Positions 9,548 to 19,592 of a stretch of DNA of 64,000 nt are shown in pieces. The notes beneath the pieces are model-generated. The model was given only the letters and a program-made list of their open reading frames with translations, was not told the DNA's origin and did not search any database. Each line of letters starts with the position of its first letter. The first letter of the stretch is position 1. The stretch lies in the IMG/VR virus record IMGVR_UViG_3300047509_000106, positions 3,405-67,404 of that record; one strand, given 5' to 3'. This DNA is from a virus. The position numbers and the translations under genes are program-made.

Positions 9548-11083
9548 ATGGGGCAATCCTCGTCGATGCAGTGGTATCTCGAACGCAAGGCCGAGCAAGC
9601 CGCCGACGAGATACGCAAGTCCGTTGCGCAACGAACCATCATTGGTACTCAGGCCGGTCGTGAAGCCACGCCGATGCAGCGAGCATGGGCGACTGGCCAC
9701 ACCGCGGGCTATCAACGCAGCAACAGCTTTGCGCAATTGGACCACGATAAGTCGTGGACCAATATCGGCACGAACACGAACGCCCGGCAGTGGATGCTGT
9801 CGAGCGTGTGCGCCTATGACCGCAGCATGGAGGTTCACAAGTCGGTTGCGCAGGATGCGCCGGCCGAACAGCGCAAGCCAATCCAGAATCACCCAGCGAT
9901 CAAGCTGCTCAAACACCCCAATCCCGTTGTCGGTTATCACGCATTCATGTGGCAAGTCGCCAAGCAATTCGGCCTGACGGGCGGCTGCGTCATTTGGGAA
10001 GTTCGGAACGAAGAAGGGATACCAGTCGAATTGTGGGTACTGCCACGGGCCTGGCTCACGTTCTGGCCACCTAGCGAGCGATGCCCACTTGGACGATGGC
10101 GCGTCGTCAACCCACGCGGCATCATGGGTTACTGGGGCGGGATGACTGTCAACGGCATCACGCTGGCTGGTGGGTTCGAGCTTGATGTACGCGATACGAT
10201 CAATGTCTATCTACCGCATTCTCTCTATCCCGGTGAGCCGTACAGTCAGCTTGAAGCGTGCGCCGAGATCATCGACATTGGCGAGAAGGCCGACAAGGCT
10301 ACTTGGTCATGTCTGGTAAATGCAATTCGGCCGGGGCTAATCCTCTCCGTCGAAAGCGAGAACCCGCTTGGACCGGAGCAGCTATCCGCGATTGAAAAGA
10401 CGCTCGCCGAATTGAAAGGCGGCGAGAACAACGCGGGCAAGACGCTGGTGCTGCAAAACGTCAAAAAGGATTCGCTCGGTACGCCGATGAGCGATCTCAA
10501 CAGCGTTGACCTACGCACGCAGAATCAGCAAATGATGCTTGCGGCTCACGGCGTACCGCCTATGGCCGCTGGCATCCGCACAGACGTGGGCAGCTATAGC
10601 GGCGATGCGGCGACGATCAATACCTACGTCGAGCAAGTTGTGCAGCCGATGCTCAACTTTTATGGCGGCGTTTTGACACATCGCTTTCAGCGCTATTGGG
10701 GCGACGATTTCGAGTTGGAGTATTCTGCGAAGCGGATGGACGATGTGATCATCGACGGGCAGCGACAAGAAAGGTATTTGAAAGGTTACGTGCAGGGTGT
10801 GTTCACCCTGAATCAAGTTCTCAAAGTATTCAAAGAACCGCCGGCTACAATCAATGGCGTTCCGGACCCAAGCGCTGACGAGAGAAAGCCGCCAGCGCCG
10901 CCGCCCGGTATGCCTGGTGCTATGCCCGGTCAGGACGCGGGCGGCACTCCAACGCATGACCTCAACGATGACGTACCCGACGACACCAGCACTGGCGTCA
11001 AGCGGCCGGAGCTTCAACAGGCTAGTGGAAATCGCCTGCCGTCGTTCCTGATGAACGGCAGCGCTAACGGAGTCGCACATTGA
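9548..11083 (+). CDS. Portal protein (HK97-like)
   Basis: HPAIKLLKHPNP, PVELWVLP, NAGKTLVL, AHGVPP motifs; position after TerL. Confidence 0.88.
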   Translation: MGQSSSMQWYLERKAEQAADEIRKSVAQRTIIGTQAGREATPMQRAWATGHTAGYQRSNSFAQLDHDKSWTNIGTNTNARQWMLSSVCAYDRSMEVHKSVAQDAPAEQRKPIQNHPAIKLLKHPNPVVGYHAFMWQVAKQFGLTGGCVIWEVRNEEGIPVELWVLPRAWLTFWPPSERCPLGRWRVVNPRGIMGYWGGMTVNGITLAGGFELDVRDTINVYLPHSLYPGEPYSQLEACAEIIDIGEKADKATWSCLVNAIRPGLILSVESENPLGPEQLSAIEKTLAELKGGENNAGKTLVLQNVKKDSLGTPMSDLNSVDLRTQNQQMMLAAHGVPPMAAGIRTDVGSYSGDAATINTYVEQVVQPMLNFYGGVLTHRFQRYWGDDFELEYSAKRMDDVIIDGQRQERYLKGYVQGVFTLNQVLKVFKEPPATINGVPDPSADERKPPAPPPGMPGAMPGQDAGGTPTHDLNDDVPDDTSTGVKRPELQQASGNRLPSFLMNGSANGVAH

Positions 11084-11527
11084 AAGACGACGAAATCCTC
11101 GCCGCGTTCCGACAACTCGCCGAAGCGCAGGCGAAAGAGTCGCAGGCCAAAAAGACGCTCGATGCGTTGGAGGCGAAGCGCGATCAGGCGATGACGGCGC
11201 ACGCCGAAGCGGTTCGGTATACCGCACGCTGCACGCAGCGGCTTGTCGAGCTTGGCAAGGTTACACCGCTGGAGATTCCGCCGGCAGCGCTTGTGGAACT
11301 CATCGGTCCGCAGAAGCCGGCAACAGCGCCGCCGCAAAAGCCCGCGAAGACGAAAGGATGAACATGGAACAAAGACGCCTGCTGTGTGAATTGGCCGTGG
11401 GCGATACATTCCAGATCGTTCAAGGTGGAATTATCTACAAGAAGCTATCTGAAACTGAATCAGAGGCACTGAACGGTCCCGAGCCAAACACAATCGCGAA
11501 ATGGATTCCCCAATCGAAGGTGATTCC

Positions 11528-12190
11528 ATGCTGACGACTACGCGGCATCCGTGGCTCCGCAAGTCAGCTCGCTTTGAGGAAGGGAAGCACAAGCGAGACC
11601 ACGGCAAGTTCTCGTCAACGCAAGGCGCACGAGGCCAGACGAAGCCGAGCGCACCGTCCTCGCGGCACAACCCGGACCTGGACGAAGCGATGGGCATGAC
11701 GCCGAATCGCGGCCAGTCCGCGAAGCCAGCCGCTGCTGACCCGTTCGCCGAATACCAGCCCGGCTCACAGGACATTCACAAGCCGGGACCGCCGCCGTTG
11801 CCACAGCGGGCACAAGGACAGCAACAGGCGCACGCGGCCGTCAAGAGTCTCGCCGCATCCGTGGGCAAACAATTCGCGTTTGGCAAGCCACACAAAGTGA
11901 AGGATTTCATCAACGCCATTCGCACGGCAATGCACGGCGTATCGCCTGAAGTACGCGATGCATTCGCGGAGAAAGCGGGCCTGACTCCGCAGGACACGCC
12001 GCGGCAGGTAGTCGAGAAGTTCTACGCGGCTTTTGGTGGGAAGGTGAAGGTGACGTGGAAGAGCAAGACGGCGCAGCCGCCGCCGTTGCCCTCGCAGCGT
12101 CAGCAGAGCGCCGGCACGCACCATCGCGGCGGCATCGCCGTTCCACGCGGGCGGTCGCGGCATCCGTGGCTACAGGGAGGCAAGCGATGA
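11528..12190 (+). CDS. Head-associated low-complexity protein
   Basis: FEEGKHKRDHGKF motif typical of phage head accessory proteins; RHPWL at both ends. Confidence 0.55.
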   Translation: MLTTTRHPWLRKSARFEEGKHKRDHGKFSSTQGARGQTKPSAPSSRHNPDLDEAMGMTPNRGQSAKPAAADPFAEYQPGSQDIHKPGPPPLPQRAQGQQQAHAAVKSLAASVGKQFAFGKPHKVKDFINAIRTAMHGVSPEVRDAFAEKAGLTPQDTPRQVVEKFYAAFGGKVKVTWKSKTAQPPPLPSQRQQSAGTHHRGGIAVPRGRSRHPWLQGGKR

Positions 12191-13902
12191 TCTACAAGGA
12201 TTTCGCGGGCGGCATCATCAAGCTGCATCACGGCGACAATCCGGCCGGGATGCTCGGCTTCGTTCTCCGCGATGCCAACCCGCAAACCAACGCCGGCAAG
12301 ATGAGCGCTCGCGTCGTCATCTCGACTGCTAGGCCGGACCGCTCCGATGATGTTGTTGAGACTAAGGGCATCGACTTGAGCGAACACAAGGGCAACCCGA
12401 TTGTGTTGCTCAATCACAATAAGGATTTCCCAATCGGTCACGCCGAAGATCGCATGGGTGCCTACACGGTCAAGCGCATCGGCGACGACCGGATGGAAGC
12501 AGAGACATTCTTCACGCAGGCCACGCAACTCGGTGAGCAAGCCTTTCAGCTTGTCGAGCGGAAGGTATTGCGTGGCGCTTCGATCGGTTTCCTGCCCGTA
12601 CTCGGCATGGTTGAGAAGCGCGTCCGCGGCGTGCATTACAAGGCCGCGAGGCTCGTGGAGTATTCGCACCTCGCAATTCCTGACAATGCGGACTGCTTGA
12701 TACTCGCCGTTGAGAAGGGCATCGGCGGCAAGGCGCTCTGCGATCCGCTCTTGCAAATGCTGCGGCCATTAGTGCCGGAACGTGCGCCGGTCGTCACAAG
12801 CGGCTGGGAAGAAAAGGGCGGCACCTACAAGATGCAGGAAGCAAAAGAGGTCGAGCCACAGACACGCTCCAGCATTTACTACACCTGTCCGCACTGCGGC
12901 AACGAGATGACGCATGAGAGCATCTTCAAGGAAGAAGACGGCACGACCCGGCATGGCCCATGTCGTGGCGCTGTCGTGTTGAAAGCGCCGAAAGAGCCGG
13001 ATGCTTCGCCAGCCGTCGGCGCGACGCCAGCCGATAAAGTCGTTCACGTCATCAATCCTGAACTTCCCAAGTCGTTCACCCCTACGCCGCGCTTCCTGCC
13101 CGGCCTAATGAAAGTCAAAGCCATGCAACCCTACGACGATCCCAACGCTACCGCTGTCGATCCCGGCGATGATGAAGAATTCATCCCCGGCGATGAAGAG
13201 GAAGAAGGGCCGGCGATGAAAGGCGGTGCGGAAGCGCACCACGGCGTCAACGATATTCTCATGCAGGCCATGCAGTTCATTCAGGACTCGCAGAACACCG
13301 TGGACAACGCCACGGCTAAGAAGACGCTCGACAAGGTGAGCAAGTGGATCGGCAAGGCGCTCGCGGCGCTCCACGCCGGTCATTCGTCCTACCTGGAAGA
13401 GCATCCCGATCAGCCGCCGTTGCCCGGTCAAGCGCCGGGCATGGATGGCGAAGGCGACGAAGACGAGGACGGCATTGACGACGATGAGGACATTGACGCG
13501 GACGGCGATGGCGAGCCAGACGACATGGAGGACGATACTGACGATGCCGATGACAAAGGCGCTGACGACAAGGACAAGAGCAAGGACAAGCCGAAGAAAA
13601 AGAAGCCGCCGTTCGGCAAGTCCTTTGATGCTTCACTGAGAAAGGCGCTGAACGATTACTGGGAATTCCTCAAGATGAAAGCCATCATCGGCGACGGGCC
13701 CATCATCGAGAAGGCCATCGCTGACCTCAAGGCGGACGTGGCCTACGAAAAGCGGACGGCCGTGCGGGAAACTGTGAAGTCGCTGTCGGGGTTGCTGGTA
13801 CACAAAGCCGATCAAGTCACGACTCCGCCGATTACAGTGGCCACTCCCGACGACTGGGATAAATACTTCGCCGAACTCAACGGCGAAGTCGCAGCGAACT
13901 GA
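12187..13902 (+). CDS. HK97-family prohead protease with zinc-ribbon and acidic C-terminal extension
   Basis: DRSDDVV, NPIVLLNHN..PIG, GASIGF, LVEYS...PDN motifs; GGGAGG RBS. Confidence 0.85.
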   Translation: MIYKDFAGGIIKLHHGDNPAGMLGFVLRDANPQTNAGKMSARVVISTARPDRSDDVVETKGIDLSEHKGNPIVLLNHNKDFPIGHAEDRMGAYTVKRIGDDRMEAETFFTQATQLGEQAFQLVERKVLRGASIGFLPVLGMVEKRVRGVHYKAARLVEYSHLAIPDNADCLILAVEKGIGGKALCDPLLQMLRPLVPERAPVVTSGWEEKGGTYKMQEAKEVEPQTRSSIYYTCPHCGNEMTHESIFKEEDGTTRHGPCRGAVVLKAPKEPDASPAVGATPADKVVHVINPELPKSFTPTPRFLPGLMKVKAMQPYDDPNATAVDPGDDEEFIPGDEEEEGPAMKGGAEAHHGVNDILMQAMQFIQDSQNTVDNATAKKTLDKVSKWIGKALAALHAGHSSYLEEHPDQPPLPGQAPGMDGEGDEDEDGIDDDEDIDADGDGEPDDMEDDTDDADDKGADDKDKSKDKPKKKKPPFGKSFDASLRKALNDYWEFLKMKAIIGDGPIIEKAIADLKADVAYEKRTAVRETVKSLSGLLVHKADQVTTPPITVATPDDWDKYFAELNGEVAAN

Positions 13903-13927
13903 GGCCGTGATGGGTGCCGGTCGCAGG

Positions 13928-13957
13928 AAAGCCAGCGTTAAACGCGCTGGCTTTTTT
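13928..13957 (+). terminator. Intrinsic terminator after protease gene
   Basis: AAAGCCAGCG-ttaaacg-CGCTGGCTTTTTT. Confidence 0.75.
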
Positions 13958-14067
13958 CGTATACTAGCAGTCCGTGGGTTGCCAAAGTCTTCGGTCAGGC
14001 AACATCTGGCCCGGTAGCCGTGGAGTGACCCCTGCCGGGGAATAACTGGTCACCTATCGAAGACAGG

Positions 14068-14099
14068 GCCGCTCTGTAGAAATACACAGCGGCTTTTTT
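14068..14099 (+). terminator. Intrinsic terminator
   Basis: GCCGCT...AGCGGC followed by T6. Confidence 0.65.
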
Positions 14100-14113
14100 C
14101 GTAGAATGACGGT

Positions 14114-14905
14114 ATGGCAATCGCCGTCACTTCGACATACATCAAGTCGATTGACTACGGCACCAAAGGGCTGTGTGTCGAGTTCAAACCGAAGCCGGGC
14201 GAGTCGCGCGGCAAAACGTATCACTATCCGCAAGTGACGCAGGAACAGTTCAACGAGATGCGGGACTCGGCGTCTGTGTCGCGATACTTTTGGCAACACT
14301 TCCAATTCCTATTGCCGATAGAACATCAACCAATGGACTCGACCGCCCGCGCACTGCTCAACGCGATTCTCGCCGCGCCAGACGACGACGCGCCGCGGCT
14401 GATCTACGCCGACTGGCTCGACGAGCACGGCGAAGCCGAGCGGGCGGAGTTCATTCGGGTGCAGTGCGAGTTGGCGCGGATCGGACCTAAACCTAATTGC
14501 GAATGGGTGCGGCGAGGCCGGGTGCGATGCGATGAAGCTATTCAGTATCGGTGCCGTTCGTGCATCCTAAATTTTCGTTCCCGCGAGTTGCTCAGGTTGT
14601 TATTCTGGCTTTCGACTGACGATCCGGTGCAATTGGCGTTCGACTCGCGCCAGAATCCATGCCCATACGTTCGCGGCTTCGCTGAACGAATCACGCTCAC
14701 CGCCGCTGACATGATTGCCAATCTCGACGCCATCCGCGAGCAACACCCGATACGTGACGTGTGGCTGACGACGTGGCCGACGGGCGAATTTGACCAAGAT
14801 CACCAGACCGCTTACACATTGTCAGAACGCTGGCCGGGCATCACGTTCCACCTACCGGAACAACAGACTCACGTAGAGCAATACGGTGATCTGCGTCTCC
14901 GGTAG
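14114..14905 (+). CDS. KTSC domain fused to TIGR02996-like domain
   Basis: STYIKSIDY...VEF...YHYPQV...SASVSRYF (KTSC), then AILAAPDDDAPRLIYADWLDEHGE..RAEFIRVQC. Confidence 0.75.
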   Translation: MAIAVTSTYIKSIDYGTKGLCVEFKPKPGESRGKTYHYPQVTQEQFNEMRDSASVSRYFWQHFQFLLPIEHQPMDSTARALLNAILAAPDDDAPRLIYADWLDEHGEAERAEFIRVQCELARIGPKPNCEWVRRGRVRCDEAIQYRCRSCILNFRSRELLRLLFWLSTDDPVQLAFDSRQNPCPYVRGFAERITLTAADMIANLDAIREQHPIRDVWLTTWPTGEFDQDHQTAYTLSERWPGITFHLPEQQTHVEQYGDLRLR

Positions 14906-14937
14906 TCGGCGCGACGCCAATCCCCTCTAATTACCCC

Positions 14938-14960
14938 CCGCCCCGTCCACCCACCACACT
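14938..14960 (+). promoter_or_regulatory. Putative late promoter CCGCCCC-N10-CACACT upstream of capsid gene
   Basis: Motif copy; here followed by a leader and AGGAG RBS. Confidence 0.6.
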
Positions 14961-15009
14961 GCTCTTTTCGCGTCTACGGCCCTCGCCGTGTCGTCACAGG
15001 AGCAGCAGC

Positions 15010-16464
15010 ATGTCGGCCACAGCCACGCCAGAGACTCCTCAGAAGCCGGCGGAGATTATCAAGGGTTTGCAGGACAAGACGACGGCGCAAGACGCCAAGC
15101 TCGCCGAACAAGACGCCACGATTGCCGAGTTGAAGACGACCGTGGGCGAGCTGAAGACGAAGCAAGCTCAGACGCCGATCTATGGCGGCGTTGGCGGCAT
15201 CGTCGGCGGGATTCCGGGTGACTCGGAAGGCTATTCGATCATCAAGGCCGCACGCTATGCCAGTGGTCGTATCGACTATGAGAAAGCCAAGTACGAGGTC
15301 GATACTTCGACCAAACTGGCAGAAATCTACAAATCGTGTGGCTGGCCTGGGTACTCAGACTTGCCTGCCGCTCGGCGCATGCTGATCCCGTTTGCGACCA
15401 AGCTGATTCCGCGCGAAACCAGCGAAGCGGATCGTCTCGTCGGCGAGTTGAAGACAAAGATGATCGCCGGTGCCGATAAGGTCGATCAAGATGAAGTCCG
15501 CTGGATTCAGAAAAAACTCGGCTTAGTAACGAAGGATTTGGGAACGCTCTCAGATACAGCCGGTGGTGTACTCGTCGGCTTTCCGACTCTTGGCGAATTA
15601 ATCGACATGCAGCGCAATGTCGAAGTGTTCGCCCAAGCAGGCGCAAGTGAAATCGGACTGCCGCCGAACGGCCGCATCCAATATCCGAAACTGACCAATT
15701 CGACCACGGCGTCCTGGATTCCTGAAGGGCAAATCCTCACCGAGTCAACTCCGAGCACTGGCTATCTGGACCTGCAAGCCAAAAAGCTCGGCATCTGGGT
15801 TGACCTCAACAACGAGTTGATTCGCTTCGGCACCATATCCGCCGAGGCAATGGTCCGCACTGACATGGCGAAGGTCGCAGCGCTCAAGATGGACCTCGCC
15901 CAGTTGGAAGGCACGGGCGGCTCGCAGATCAAGGGACTCATCACCTACCCGTCTGCTGCGTCATGGACGACTGGAACCGACCCACTGCTTGCCTACACGG
16001 TGACGGGCAACACAATCCAGATCAGTGACGCCGCCGATATGGAAGCGCTCATGCCCGACACGGCTGGCGAGCCGACGGCATGGGTCATGCGTCGAAATCT
16101 TTGGGCTAAGATTCGCAACCGTCGCGCGTCATCCGTCTCGTCAGCGGACAGCGCCGGCCAGTTCTTGGCGTCGGTCATCCGTGACGTATCGACACGGATA
16201 CCGCTCGAATGGGACGGCACTAAAGTTGTGCGCTCGACTCAGGTTAGCAACACACGCGGCACGGGCGCACAGACCTATGTGATTCTCGGCTACTTCCCCG
16301 ACTGGATCACGGCCCGCTTCGGCGCACTCGAATTCCTGTCCACGATGGTTTCGGATCAGGCGTTCAAAAACGACCAGACGCAGATTCGGTGCATCCAGCA
16401 TGTGGACGCCGGCCCACGCCACGCGAGCTCCTTCGTATTCGCGGATTCGATCACGATTCAGTGA
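15010..16464 (+). CDS. Major capsid protein (HK97 fold) with N-terminal coiled-coil delta-like domain
   Basis: GGVLV, ASWIPEG, KKLG...NELI, LEGTG..IKGL motifs. Confidence 0.9.
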   Translation: MSATATPETPQKPAEIIKGLQDKTTAQDAKLAEQDATIAELKTTVGELKTKQAQTPIYGGVGGIVGGIPGDSEGYSIIKAARYASGRIDYEKAKYEVDTSTKLAEIYKSCGWPGYSDLPAARRMLIPFATKLIPRETSEADRLVGELKTKMIAGADKVDQDEVRWIQKKLGLVTKDLGTLSDTAGGVLVGFPTLGELIDMQRNVEVFAQAGASEIGLPPNGRIQYPKLTNSTTASWIPEGQILTESTPSTGYLDLQAKKLGIWVDLNNELIRFGTISAEAMVRTDMAKVAALKMDLAQLEGTGGSQIKGLITYPSAASWTTGTDPLLAYTVTGNTIQISDAADMEALMPDTAGEPTAWVMRRNLWAKIRNRRASSVSSADSAGQFLASVIRDVSTRIPLEWDGTKVVRSTQVSNTRGTGAQTYVILGYFPDWITARFGALEFLSTMVSDQAFKNDQTQIRCIQHVDAGPRHASSFVFADSITIQ

Positions 16465-16514
16465 GTTGATGGCGGTGAGTCTTTGACCTTGTTTATTCTT
16501 TGGAGTTGATTTCA

Positions 16515-16910
16515 ATGTCGAGCAAACTCAACGACATCGCTGATCTGTACATCGTCGAAGCGAACACGCAGCCATCAAGCGCCGTCGTGACGAGCGTGAC
16601 CGGCGCGACGATTGACTTCGTGACCTGCGACAACAACTGCTTCGCAATCCAAGTCATCGGCACCGTTGGCGGGACCGCTCCGACGTTCATCGGCAAGATT
16701 CAGGAAGCGATCACGGCCACGGGCACGTATGCCGATGTGAGCGGTGCCGTCTTCCCGACCATCACCAGCACGACTGGCGCGAACATTATCCAGACGATCA
16801 ACTTCCAGCGCACGCTGCAATACCTGCGCTATATCGGCACGATCTCAGGCACCACGTCCAGCGTGGCTCTCGACGTGTTGATTCTGGGCCAGAAGAAACA
16901 AGTCAGCTAG
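16515..16910 (+). CDS. Putative capsid decoration/cement protein
   Basis: Thr-rich beta protein directly after MCP; KIQE...Y.DV.GA.F...RY pattern. Confidence 0.55.
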   Translation: MSSKLNDIADLYIVEANTQPSSAVVTSVTGATIDFVTCDNNCFAIQVIGTVGGTAPTFIGKIQEAITATGTYADVSGAVFPTITSTTGANIIQTINFQRTLQYLRYIGTISGTTSSVALDVLILGQKKQVS

Positions 16911-16955
16911 TCGGCTTTGGTTTGTCTACGGTAAGAACTTCAAGGGGCTGTCGTC

Positions 16956-17351
16956 ATGGCGGAATACATTGCGTTCGGCAAGAAGTCCATCAACACCGCG
17001 GCGATCACCGACGCCGAGTGGAAAGATGGCACCCTGGAGATTCATACCGCGGCCGGGCACGGTCTCAGTCTGCCATTCGCGGACCCCGACTGCGAGAAGG
17101 CCGCCAAAGCGGTCGGGCTTGGCGACTATTACGACGAATGGGCCGCGACGGCCAAAGCCGAGGTCAAAGCAAGGACACTTGCGCAGGCGCAGGTAGACGC
17201 CAAGGCAGCGGCCGAGGCCGAGATTGCGCGCAAGCACGAGGAAGAGGTCGCCAAGGCGAAGGCGAAGATTCTGGCGGACGCCGAGGCGGCTGCGGAAAAG
17301 GCCGAGAAGGCCGAACACAAAGCAGCGCATCCACACGCGGCGCACAAGTAA
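16956..17351 (+). CDS. Ala/Lys/Glu-rich hypothetical protein
   Basis: ORF with RBS, helical C-terminus. Confidence 0.55.
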   Translation: MAEYIAFGKKSINTAAITDAEWKDGTLEIHTAAGHGLSLPFADPDCEKAAKAVGLGDYYDEWAATAKAEVKARTLAQAQVDAKAAAEAEIARKHEEEVAKAKAKILADAEAAAEKAEKAEHKAAHPHAAHK

Positions 17352-17376
17352 TCGCCCATTTCTGTATACTGGCGGC

Positions 17377-17604
17377 ATGACCACTCTTCCCATATCCGAG
17401 CCGGTCGCCTCCATTCCAGCCAATCACGTCATCGTCAACTTCGGTTCCGCCATCACTGGCGACGTGCAGGGCAAAGCGCTGTTGCACCTAGAGCGATACA
17501 TGCGCGAGACGCTGGGCGTGAAGGCGGAATGCTATAAAGCGACTATGGCCGATGACAACAAGCGCCGGCGCGACATGACGCCCGAACAACGTGATCGTCT
17601 ATGA
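17377..17604 (+). CDS. Small protein heading the sugar-enzyme operon
   Basis: TATACT 6 nt before ATG (leaderless-type); coupled to methyltransferase. Confidence 0.55.
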   Translation: MTTLPISEPVASIPANHVIVNFGSAITGDVQGKALLHLERYMRETLGVKAECYKATMADDNKRRRDMTPEQRDRL

Positions 17605-18251
17605 CTGAGACCGAGCGATTACCGTCCGTTGGCGAGTCCGATGTCATCGACACGGCGAATGAGGCGTGGGACGATGGCAAGCAGTCGTGGTACGCCGCGG
17701 CCCTGGACTTCGCCGCCAAGAGTCTCGGACCGGGAGACAATCGCCGCGAGTGTCTCATCATCGGCTCGCCGATGCCGGAAGTGCAACATATCGCCGGCAT
17801 GGGTTGGCGCGTTACCTACGTTGATGTTCGCAAGCCGCCGGCGGACCTGGATCACTTCGTGGAATGCGACGCCACGCGACTCATGTTCCCCGATGAGTCC
17901 GTCGACGCCGTCTCGTCAACATGCGTCCTCTGTCACGCCGGGCTTGGCCGCTACGGCGATCCGGTGAAGCCGAACGGTGATTTGCTCATGTTACGCGAGA
18001 TCGCCCGCGTGTTGAAGCCGGGCGGCTCAGCGGCGATCATGGTCGGGCCGACGATTGCAGGCCACGAGATGAAATCGAGCGTCGTCTACGGCAACGTGCA
18101 TCGCATCTACCGGCCGGAAGATGTGGCGTCGATGCTCCGCGGCGTCCGGTTGGAGTTGCAAGAGTCGGCGATTTTCGAGACGCCGGAACCGCAGATGTAT
18201 GGGCATGTGAAGTATGCTTATATGTCTGTGCTAGTGAGGAAGCCGGGATGA
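17601..18251 (+). CDS. Class I SAM methyltransferase-like (DUF268-like)
   Basis: DATRLMFPDESVD, HAGLGRYGDP, EIARVLKPGG. Confidence 0.8.
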   Translation: MTETERLPSVGESDVIDTANEAWDDGKQSWYAAALDFAAKSLGPGDNRRECLIIGSPMPEVQHIAGMGWRVTYVDVRKPPADLDHFVECDATRLMFPDESVDAVSSTCVLCHAGLGRYGDPVKPNGDLLMLREIARVLKPGGSAAIMVGPTIAGHEMKSSVVYGNVHRIYRPEDVASMLRGVRLELQESAIFETPEPQMYGHVKYAYMSVLVRKPG

Positions 18252-18458
18252 GTGCCGTTGCTAAAGTCGTTGGACTCTTTGGCACATGGCCTTGGCATTT
18301 GCGGCCATCGCTGCGTGAAGTTGGTTTGCAGAGATCAATTGGCTGGCATTTGTTCTTTTTGGGCTGCTGGTATAGATGGCGATGGTTCGCCATGCACACC
18401 CATCGGCTTCGACATCTCGGGCTGAAGATGTGGTGTTCGCATTTGACAAAGGAAAAGC

Positions 18459-19589
18459 ATGAGCGCAGCACTGCCGGAATTCGTTGACAGCCTTGTGCTC
18501 GATGGTACGAAGGTCGGGTGGTATCCCGATAGAATCGCGGCTTGGCACCGTGGCGAGAAGGTTGCGCCGATAACCATTGACTGCGCTATGACAAGGAAGT
18601 GCCAAGCGGCCTGCCACTTTTGCTACGCGCAGCTTCAGTCCAGCGAATCGGACGAGCAGATCACGCAAATCAAGTTCATGGAATTTCTGTCCGACGCGGC
18701 GGAATTGGGGGTCAAAGGTGTCAGCTTCATCTCAGACGGAGAATCAACAGTCGTCCCCTGGTATGCCAATGCCGTCGAACATGCAGCCGGAGTTGGTCTT
18801 GCGGTGGGTGCGGGAAGTAATGGCATTAAACTTACCCGACCAGTCTTGGAAAGAATTCTGCCGCATCTTTCATATCTCCGATTCAATTTCTCGGCAGGCG
18901 AGCGAAAGCGCTACGCCGAAATAATGGGCGTTCCGCAGCACTGCTACGACGACGTGATTCAAAACATCAAAGACGGCATGGAGATCATCAACCGCGATTC
19001 GTTGCCTTGCACGCTCAACATGCAGATGGTGAGCGATCCAAGAGACTCAGATCAGATCATTCCGTTTGCCAATCTCGCCGCACAGTTGCGCCCCGTCTAC
19101 GCAATTGTTAAGCACTGCTCAGATTCGGTCGAAGGATCACTGGGAGTGGATTACGAAAAGTACGACGATCAATTCAAAAACTTGCTTGTTCGCGCCGAAG
19201 AGATCGGTCGTTTTAATGGAGTCCGCATCACAGCGAAATGGAACAAGATAGAGAGCAAACTTGCGAGGAACTATGACCGCTGTTTCGGCGCTCCGTTCAT
19301 CATGCAAATGAGCGGCAATGGTTTGGTCGCACCTTGTGGGATGCTCTTTAACGAGCGTTTCAAAGCATTTCACATTGGAAATATCAGCAAGCAACGATTC
19401 AAGGATATTTGGGCATCGGATCGATACAAGGAAGTGTTCGACTATTTGGCGGGCGACAATTTTGATCCTCGTGTCCGTTGCGGCGCAGGTTGCCTTCAAC
19501 ACAACACCAACGACTATCTATTCAAACTAGTCAACGGCAAGGTGTCTCTGCCAACAACGGCCGCGCCGCCACAACTGCAGTTTATTTGA
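18459..19589 (+). CDS. Radical SAM enzyme with SPASM/twitch-like C-terminus
   Basis: CQAACHFC (CxxxCxxC), DGES, C...G.V.PC...IGNI...F.DIW, CGAGC. Confidence 0.88.
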   Translation: MSAALPEFVDSLVLDGTKVGWYPDRIAAWHRGEKVAPITIDCAMTRKCQAACHFCYAQLQSSESDEQITQIKFMEFLSDAAELGVKGVSFISDGESTVVPWYANAVEHAAGVGLAVGAGSNGIKLTRPVLERILPHLSYLRFNFSAGERKRYAEIMGVPQHCYDDVIQNIKDGMEIINRDSLPCTLNMQMVSDPRDSDQIIPFANLAAQLRPVYAIVKHCSDSVEGSLGVDYEKYDDQFKNLLVRAEEIGRFNGVRITAKWNKIESKLARNYDRCFGAPFIMQMSGNGLVAPCGMLFNERFKAFHIGNISKQRFKDIWASDRYKEVFDYLAGDNFDPRVRCGAGCLQHNTNDYLFKLVNGKVSLPTTAAPPQLQFI

Positions 19590-19592
19590 TCG

